64,000 bases of DNA from a virus. The first letter of the stretch is position 1; every line of letters begins with the position of its first letter. The translations under genes and the position numbers were made by a program. Of this stretch, positions 58,207 through 64,000 are shown one piece after another. The stretch lies in the IMG/VR virus record IMGVR_UViG_3300027782_000044, positions 32,001 to 96,000 of that record; one strand, 5' to 3'. A model generated the notes under the pieces. It saw nothing but the letters and a program-made list of their open reading frames with translations, was not told the DNA's origin and searched no databases.

Positions 58207-58311
58207 TTATGAATCTATTATATCATTTAGTTGATTAGGATCAACTTCCACCTCAGTAGGCCTTTCGTTACCAAGACCTACGTGGTCGGCACATCCGCAT
58301 ATCCAACACAT
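58207..58311 (-). CDS. 34-aa MCxxCGC peptide
   Basis: MCWICGCADHVGLGNERPTEVEVDPNQLNDIIDS; starts 5 nt after the radical SAM stop. Confidence 0.6.
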   Translation of the reverse strand: MCWICGCADHVGLGNERPTEVEVDPNQLNDIIDS

Positions 58312-58316
58312 CTGTA

Positions 58317-59315
58317 TTAGCCCCAGATGGCCGCTGAGCACTTAGTACACATATTGGAGTATGAATCCTCTATCATGTCCGCTCTATCTTTGCTAAACCA
58401 TATATCCTTAATTGTAGAATTATTAGAATTTCCGTAGACTGTTTTAAAGTCAAAATCAGCACAACATATAAATAGGTCTCCATTTGGGTTAATATGCACC
58501 CACTCATTAGTTCTGCTTCTTACACCTAATCCGCCATTGCATCCAATTACTTTTTTGCCTTCTCCCGCCAAATATTTATTAATGGCTGAAGTCTGATCAA
58601 TTATTCCTGAGTCTGCAAGATGCCCAGCCCTATCGTATAGATGGTAAGCTGGGAAAACTTGGATTGAAGGGAATATAGACTTTAGCAGATCAACCTCCTG
58701 AGCTAAATCTCCACCTTCTACATCTAAGTTTAAATTTGGAGCTCCAGGAAGGATGTCTAACCATCCACCATTTTCAACTAACGAGTTATTGTTTAAGCCA
58801 TTGACCATCAAATAGAATCTATTGTCTAATACTAATTCTTTTAATTCTTCTGCTGCATACAAAACGTTTTCTACCATTTTGTCAAACATTTTTTCATTTA
58901 AATTAACATACTTAGACCATCTGGTTTTATCTCCAGATGGTATATTTAGAAGCATTCCACCAACTACATCAATATTATTTTTAATAATATCAGTTTTTTT
59001 CTTTGTTAATGGAGTACCATTGGTAAGTATGTTTATAGTAAAATTATATTTTCTGTACAAATCAAACATTTCTTCAAAGTTTTTATATAATAAAACTTCA
59101 TTATAATTAGCGGTATATATATTTTTTAGATTGGGATCTACAAAATCTCCTTTGCCATTATGAAGTTGAGAGAGTATATTTTCTAACTCCCCCAACTCCA
59201 TATCTCTAATAGCAGATTTTGGATTTCCTTCATAAGAAACTGGGCAAAACCAGCAACCAGCATTGCATAGACCATTTACATCTATCTGTACTGCACTGAT
59301 TTTGTATTGTGACAA
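58317..59315 (-). CDS. Radical SAM protein with C-terminal SPASM/twitch-type domain
   Basis: CNAGCWFC (CxxxCxxC), ILTNGT.L; C-terminal GC...INPNGDLFICC.D...GN.....I.DIW...CTKC. Confidence 0.88.
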   Translation of the reverse strand: MSQYKISAVQIDVNGLCNAGCWFCPVSYEGNPKSAIRDMELGELENILSQLHNGKGDFVDPNLKNIYTANYNEVLLYKNFEEMFDLYRKYNFTINILTNGTPLTKKKTDIIKNNIDVVGGMLLNIPSGDKTRWSKYVNLNEKMFDKMVENVLYAAEELKELVLDNRFYLMVNGLNNNSLVENGGWLDILPGAPNLNLDVEGGDLAQEVDLLKSIFPSIQVFPAYHLYDRAGHLADSGIIDQTSAINKYLAGEGKKVIGCNGGLGVRSRTNEWVHINPNGDLFICCADFDFKTVYGNSNNSTIKDIWFSKDRADMIEDSYSNMCTKCSAAIWG

Positions 59316-59316
59316 C

Positions 59317-59787
59317 TTAGTCTTTTAGTGACTTCCATGGGTTAGGAGGAAGCTTTAAGCTTGACTCCAAGAACCAGTTCCACTCTTGATGAGATGAAAG
59401 TCTTTCAGACAAATATGATGATAGACCGTACTCATTATTTTCATTGGCAACAGAGATAAGGTTCTTTATCTCCTCGATCATCTTTTTATTAATTGGAACT
59501 AGGTGAATTGCCATTTCAACTCCACAATATGTGTCTGGCTTAACATTGCCTAAAGTTTGGTTTGCTGCATATTCTTCTAGGGTATACGGCGCCTCTCCGC
59601 CTAATCGGCGAAGCCATGTTGAGGTATTGTGTACGCCCTCTTCAGAGTCTAGATAGATATCTTCATAAACAATGCGTGATTGACGCATCAAGACAGATTC
59701 TGTATTCCAGAAAAAGCCTCTTACTAAATTTGTGTATACCACAGAGTTAGCTTGAAATGTTTTTAATAGATTAATTAAATTTTCCAT
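59317..59787 (-). CDS. Dps-like ferritin-fold protein
   Basis: RGFFWN (cf. H.FHWN), YEDIY, LRRLG..AP..L.E, YLSERL..H....WFL; the usual ferroxidase His residues appear substituted. Confidence 0.75.
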   Translation of the reverse strand: MENLINLLKTFQANSVVYTNLVRGFFWNTESVLMRQSRIVYEDIYLDSEEGVHNTSTWLRRLGGEAPYTLEEYAANQTLGNVKPDTYCGVEMAIHLVPINKKMIEEIKNLISVANENNEYGLSSYLSERLSSHQEWNWFLESSLKLPPNPWKSLKD

Positions 59788-59934
59788 TTTATTCCTTTGC
59801 CCTTTACCTTTTATAAATTTTATTATAACAGGTCTTACATACTTGAATCATTTTGGTTTCTGTAGAAGTTATATATTTTGCTTCTTCAAAACAATCTTTA
59901 ATTTCACACTTATCTAAATCGGTCATTAATTTAA

Positions 59935-60150
59935 TTACTTACCTTTAATCTTTTCCCAAATTTTTTCATGAAGATAATAGAATGACATTTCTACGAGCAA
60001 GTATGATATAGCTCCAATTCCAATATATTCCCATTCAGCTTCTCCTGTAAGAAGTTTAGTTACAATATAAAGTAACCCTCCTACAAAAAATACATGCACA
60101 AATGGCCATGTAATTGATTTGTATAGGCTTTTCTTATTAGGATCTATCAC
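59935..60150 (-). CDS. DUF2061-like membrane protein
   Basis: KSL.KSITW...YYLHEKIW. Confidence 0.7.
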   Translation of the reverse strand: MIDPNKKSLYKSITWPFVHVFFVGGLLYIVTKLLTGEAEWEYIGIGAISYLLVEMSFYYLHEKIWEKIKGK

Positions 60151-60389
60151 TTTATTGACTTGCTCTTAGTAACGCCAGTCTTCTTGGCTGGTGCCTTCTT
60201 GGCTGGTGCCTTCTTGGCTGGTGCCTTCTTGGCTGGTGCCTTCTTGGCTGGTGCCTTCTTGGCTGGTGCCTTCTTGGCTGGTGCCTTAATTGATGCTAAA
60301 ATCGCATCCGTAATAACTTTTTCAAACATAGCTTCTTTTGGTGTTACACGAAGCCAACCCATAATCTTCATTTTTAATTTAATTAACAT
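60147..60389 (-). CDS. Histone H1-like basic protein with PAKKA repeats
   Basis: (APAKK)x7. Confidence 0.7.
   Translation of the reverse strand: MLIKLKMKIMGWLRVTPKEAMFEKVITDAILASIKAPAKKAPAKKAPAKKAPAKKAPAKKAPAKKAPAKKTGVTKSKSIK
60181..60285. repeat. Perfect 15-bp tandem repeat x7
   Basis: TTCTTGGCTGGTGCC. Confidence 0.95.
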
Positions 60390-60552
60390 GATTCCTCTTT
60401 TTCTTTTAATTTTCTAAGTACTAAACTTAAAACCTCTCTTGGTCTCCAGTCTGGTGGTATCTCTAAACTTTCTAATTCTTTAATTAGATCTTCTAGAACT
60501 TTTTTTTGAATCACATGAAAGTGATCCCATTCATTATCTAATTGTACCATTA

Positions 60553-61182
60553 TTAAAGATCATCCGCAATAGGATTATTCTTATTAGCATTTACAAGGAA
60601 TCCAGCTCTTGGACCAGTTGCCCAAACACGATGTGTTGTTTTTTTAGGGAAAAACAATAAGTCTCCTTTTTTTAATTCATAAATTTTTGTAGAATTCTCT
60701 CCTTTTATTTCCCAAAAGGAAGTTCCTATTGATTGTAAATAGCAGGCTGGCCAGGGATCACTATGCTCGTTTACAGTTTTTTCTCCTAATGAAACCTTTA
60801 TTCCTTCTGTATGCCACAAAGCTTTACAGTTACAGACTCTATCATCCCATTCTCTGTAATATTTACAGTTTGAAAATTCATCATTAAAACCTGATTCGTT
60901 GTTTATCTTAACTAAAAAATCTTTTATTTCTACAAAGTGTTCCCAGACTAATCCAGTTTGAGGAGCAAGCCACAGCGGCCTCTGAGCTAACACGTTACCC
61001 AATGTATCTACACCAGCATCTGGGTCCCTACTTTTTGCTTGAAGGTCAGCATTGTTTATCTTTGTTTGATTATAAATAAAATCTAAAACATTTTGCCAAG
61101 TAAATGTTGTTTTAAAATAATCTTTAACTAAAACAGCTTCGTCTTTTTTGGCTGCTTCTTTAAATTCTGAAAGTAGATTCAT
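60553..61182 (-). CDS. Cupin/JmjC-like oxygenase
   Basis: HSDPW...Y.Q..G.S.W.I...L..GDLLFFP....H.V...GPR. Confidence 0.72.
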   Translation of the reverse strand: MNLLSEFKEAAKKDEAVLVKDYFKTTFTWQNVLDFIYNQTKINNADLQAKSRDPDAGVDTLGNVLAQRPLWLAPQTGLVWEHFVEIKDFLVKINNESGFNDEFSNCKYYREWDDRVCNCKALWHTEGIKVSLGEKTVNEHSDPWPACYLQSIGTSFWEIKGENSTKIYELKKGDLLFFPKKTTHRVWATGPRAGFLVNANKNNPIADDL

Positions 61183-61196
61183 AGCGTTTACCCTAT

Positions 61197-61228
61197 TTAA
61201 GGGCAGTGGTTTCCCACTGCCCTTAAAA
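61197..61228 (-). terminator. Intrinsic terminator
   Basis: TTAAGGGCAGTGG-TTTC-CCACTGCCCTTAA. Confidence 0.7.
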
Positions 61229-61230
61229 GA

Positions 61231-62424
61231 TTACTTAATTAGGGTTACCTTAGCTTTTGGGTTTTTTGCATTCCACTTTTTAGCGAGTGCATTGAAAGAG
61301 GCTTTGATTGCCTTAAGTGCTGCTGCATTATCTGCTGTTAGCTTAGCAATGGCTGCATCCTTAGCAAGGATAGAGGCATCTGAAGCAGTCTTAGCATCGG
61401 CAAGAGCCTTAGCTGAAGCAGCCTTCTCCGCTGTAATAGCAGCATCTGAAGCAGTTTTAGCATCGGCAAGAGCCTTAGCTGAAGCAGCCTTCTCCGCTGC
61501 AATAGCAGCATCTGAAGCAGTCTTAGCAGCAACAGCATCTGAAGCAGCCTTTACGACTGCAGCATCTGAAACTGCTTTAGCAGCAAGCGCTGCATCTGTT
61601 GCTGACTTAGCAGCAGCAAGTTCTGACACTAGATCACGAACTGCAATTTCTGCAAATGGCGCAAGCGCACGAGCAGGAAGACCGACTACGTCTACTGATG
61701 TTGCATCAGATGATGTAGTAGGTGAGAATGTAATTAGTGATCGTGTTCCAGTTGCTGGAAGTGTTGCAGTAAACTTTGCAACTCCAAAGTCTGAAAGTGT
61801 CGCTCCAGTTGTAACTGTTGAGGTATCAACTGTTGCTGTTGAAGCAAAGATTGTTGCAGTAATTGACTTACCAGATACTTTGTTTCCGAATGTATCTGTT
61901 GCGGTTACTGAGATATCTTGCTTTGTACCAGCAGCGCCTGTAGCAGGAGCAGATACTGTAAGAGTATTAATCTTGCCAGCAGTTCCTTGTACATAATATG
62001 TAAGCTGTGTTCCACCATTAGTGATTACAACTGTACCAATTGCTGTTGTCTTTGTATAGACATAAAATGTTGCTGTTGTTCCTGTACCAGTTGCAACTGT
62101 CAAAGATGATGATCCTGACGCTGCGCCTACTGGAGCAGCTGTTGTATGTAGTGCTGAAAGAATTGTTGCATTTGTTGCTGATACTGAAACGCTTGTTCCA
62201 ACATCAACTGTTGCAATAAACTTTAGTGCATCTGCAGCATCAACTGTGTTGTCTGCAGGTACTGGCAATGAAGCTGGTGTAGCAATTGCAGATGCTGTAG
62301 TATTTGCTACAGTATCTAGTGATACAGCGACTGTCATTACAGCAGCACTTGCAGGTGTTGCTACCATTGTGCCCAAAGTCATGGCTGCAACCATGGCTAG
62401 TGCGATTTTCTTAAATGAGTTCAT
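61231..62424 (-). CDS. Secreted Ala/Thr-rich surface protein with Ig-like region and Ala/Lys coiled C-terminus
   Basis: Signal peptide MNSFKKIALAMVAAMTLG...PASA; VTATDTFGNKV; duplicated 20-aa EKAASAKALADAKTASDA unit. Confidence 0.7.
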   Translation of the reverse strand: MNSFKKIALAMVAAMTLGTMVATPASAAVMTVAVSLDTVANTTASAIATPASLPVPADNTVDAADALKFIATVDVGTSVSVSATNATILSALHTTAAPVGAASGSSSLTVATGTGTTATFYVYTKTTAIGTVVITNGGTQLTYYVQGTAGKINTLTVSAPATGAAGTKQDISVTATDTFGNKVSGKSITATIFASTATVDTSTVTTGATLSDFGVAKFTATLPATGTRSLITFSPTTSSDATSVDVVGLPARALAPFAEIAVRDLVSELAAAKSATDAALAAKAVSDAAVVKAASDAVAAKTASDAAIAAEKAASAKALADAKTASDAAITAEKAASAKALADAKTASDASILAKDAAIAKLTADNAAALKAIKASFNALAKKWNAKNPKAKVTLIK

Positions 62425-62472
62425 TTAATTTATTCTCCTTATTTCCTCTGTATTCTTTGCGAATACAGAATT

Positions 62473-62667
62473 TTAGTGTAGTGCATTTATTTTTACATGG
62501 AATGAACATGGGTCTCCACCCTCATTCCATTCTTGTTCTTCTTCATCTGTTAAAGGTGGCCCATCATGTGTATCGCAAAATACATCAGATATCCAGCCTC
62601 TGTCGTAACCACTTTTGAGCCATATCTCAAACTCTAAATGATCTGAATCTATATTCTCTAGATCCAT
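62473..62667 (-). CDS. Small hypothetical protein
   Basis: W...G.DRGWIS..FCDTHDG.P...E...GGDPC. Confidence 0.6.
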   Translation of the reverse strand: MDLENIDSDHLEFEIWLKSGYDRGWISDVFCDTHDGPPLTDEEEQEWNEGGDPCSFHVKINALH

Positions 62668-62960
62668 TCTGAAAGCTCTTCTAGCATAATATGCTTAGGT
62701 TTTGCACCAGTAATAGTTTTTACTGGCTTCCCCGACTTAAATAGTACCATATAAGGGATAGAAGTTACAGAGTATTCTGCTGATTTTATAGGATTCTCAT
62801 CAACATTTAACTTACCGACCCATAATCCACGTTCTGCAGATATCTCGTCTAGTATTGGAGATACTTGCTTGCATGGTCCGCACCATGGAGCCCAAAAGTC
62901 GACAAGAACTATATTATGAGAATCTAGAACCCTATCGAAGCTTTCATCTGTAACTATCAA
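62658..62960 (-). CDS. trxA: Thioredoxin
   Basis: VLVDFWAPWCGPCK, KLNVDENP, V.SIP. Confidence 0.92.
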   Translation of the reverse strand: MIVTDESFDRVLDSHNIVLVDFWAPWCGPCKQVSPILDEISAERGLWVGKLNVDENPIKSAEYSVTSIPYMVLFKSGKPVKTITGAKPKHIMLEELSEWI

Positions 62961-62961
62961 C

Positions 62962-63171
62962 TTACTCTCCTTTTAATTCATCCGCTGCTTTATTAAACTT
63001 ATCCATAAATTTTTGGATTACCCAAATTGCGGTTTCTCCTGCGTTAACAGACATTGCCCTAGAGGCCTCTTCTGTTCTGTCTTCAACTGCAAGGGCGTTG
63101 TACCATTTCTGGTACAACTCCTCACCAATCTCTTTGATTATTTCTTCAAGTACTGTTAGCTTTTTATCCAT
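62962..63171 (-). CDS. Small hypothetical protein
   Basis: Coupled ORF. Confidence 0.55.
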   Translation of the reverse strand: MDKKLTVLEEIIKEIGEELYQKWYNALAVEDRTEEASRAMSVNAGETAIWVIQKFMDKFNKAADELKGE

Positions 63172-64000
63172 TGATTACTTTACTCAACTTAAATAGATAA
63201 ACGTTTTGCCCATAAGAATTGTCTACTGGATCAGACGCCGACTTCATTAATGAAATTATCTGTGTTGATGTCAATGTGGGCCTTGATGCTTTTATGGAGA
63301 CATACTTTGCAGCGATTACTTGAACAGAAACAGATGTTCCATAAGAATATCCGCTGACATTTCCAGGATAAATTGTTGGCTGTTGTACCTCACCCCATAG
63401 ATCTACAAGATTTGCATCGTAGTTGCTGACTAAAGAAACTTGAGGCTTATCTAAATTTAGAGTTTCGACTCCACCAACTGCAATTGATTGGCTAATACAG
63501 GCTGGCCATTCAATCTTGCCATTCATTTTTGGGTTTCCAGCGCTATTTCCAGAAGGGAAAAATACTGGTACCCCAGAATTATTTAAATTAGAAACTACTG
63601 TGTCAACTGCTGTTGGTAAGCAATATGCAGATGATGCGCTTCGATTAATAACTGGAGCATTTGTAGCATGAGATGAAGCAACTGCAACAATGTTATACTT
63701 TAACTTATTATTATTTACCCATGTTAAAGCATTTACAAGGGTGTTGAGTCCATAAGTCTGGACATCGCCCTTTGAGGTGTTGCCAACAATTCTAATAAAT
63801 ATAATATTTACATTTGGATTAGCTGCTATGGCTGCTGAAACCATTTGAGTTCCGTGATTAAAGTTGTTTGTTGCTAGAAACTTCATTGGTAAAACTGCTG
63901 ATCCTGGGCCTTCCATAAAGTTTTTTCCATTTGGACAAGATGACCAGTCGAGAATACAAACTTCAGCAACAATACGTGGCTTAATAGACTCAATTGATGT
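63164..64000 (-). CDS. Subtilisin-like (S8) peptidase, 5' end beyond the window
   Basis: HGTQM (His), SGN (oxyanion Asn), PACI...IAVG, GTS (Ser); frame open to the window edge. Confidence 0.8.
   Translation of the reverse strand, partial: TSIESIKPRIVAEVCILDWSSCPNGKNFMEGPGSAVLPMKFLATNNFNHGTQMVSAAIAANPNVNIIFIRIVGNTSKGDVQTYGLNTLVNALTWVNNNKLKYNIVAVASSHATNAPVINRSASSAYCLPTAVDTVVSNLNNSGVPVFFPSGNSAGNPKMNGKIEWPACISQSIAVGGVETLNLDKPQVSLVSNYDANLVDLWGEVQQPTIYPGNVSGYSYGTSVSVQVIAAKYVSIKASRPTLTSTQIISLMKSASDPVDNSYGQNVYLFKLSKVING

Overview
This window is part of a large, AT-rich tailed phage genome (siphovirus-type tail), most likely infecting a low-GC freshwater actinobacterium. The host is inferred from an Lsr2-like gene, actinobacterial promoter and operator motifs, and a head/tail layout I associate with large Streptomyces siphophages. 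1-32 kb (minus strand): tape measure (partial), frameshifting tail chaperone, major tail protein, head-tail proteins, major capsid, protease and portal; then six prolyl-hydroxylase-like 2OG-Fe(II) oxygenases directly behind an FN3 protein with a ~145-aa Pro/Phe repeat tail; then fibre proteins and a class II ribonucleotide reductase. 36.8-49.5 kb (plus strand): an island of tiny genes with 15 copies of TGTCAG-N10-TAnnnT, matching the actinobacterial RecA-NDp/PafBC DNA-damage promoter. Its intergenic cassettes carry CRP-type, DnaA and WhiA-type sites, a 9-copy fixed-spacing motif I cannot assign, two covarying pseudoknots and a candidate ncRNA. 49.7-64 kb (minus strand): auxiliary genes (GT60-like glycosyltransferase, more oxygenases, sulfotransferase, GroES, radical SAM followed by three MCxxCGC mini-peptides, Dps, thioredoxin, subtilase). 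Three tRNAs: Ile-UAU, Asp-GUC and an atypical Arg-CCG. All family calls are by eye from motifs and synteny; no database search was run.
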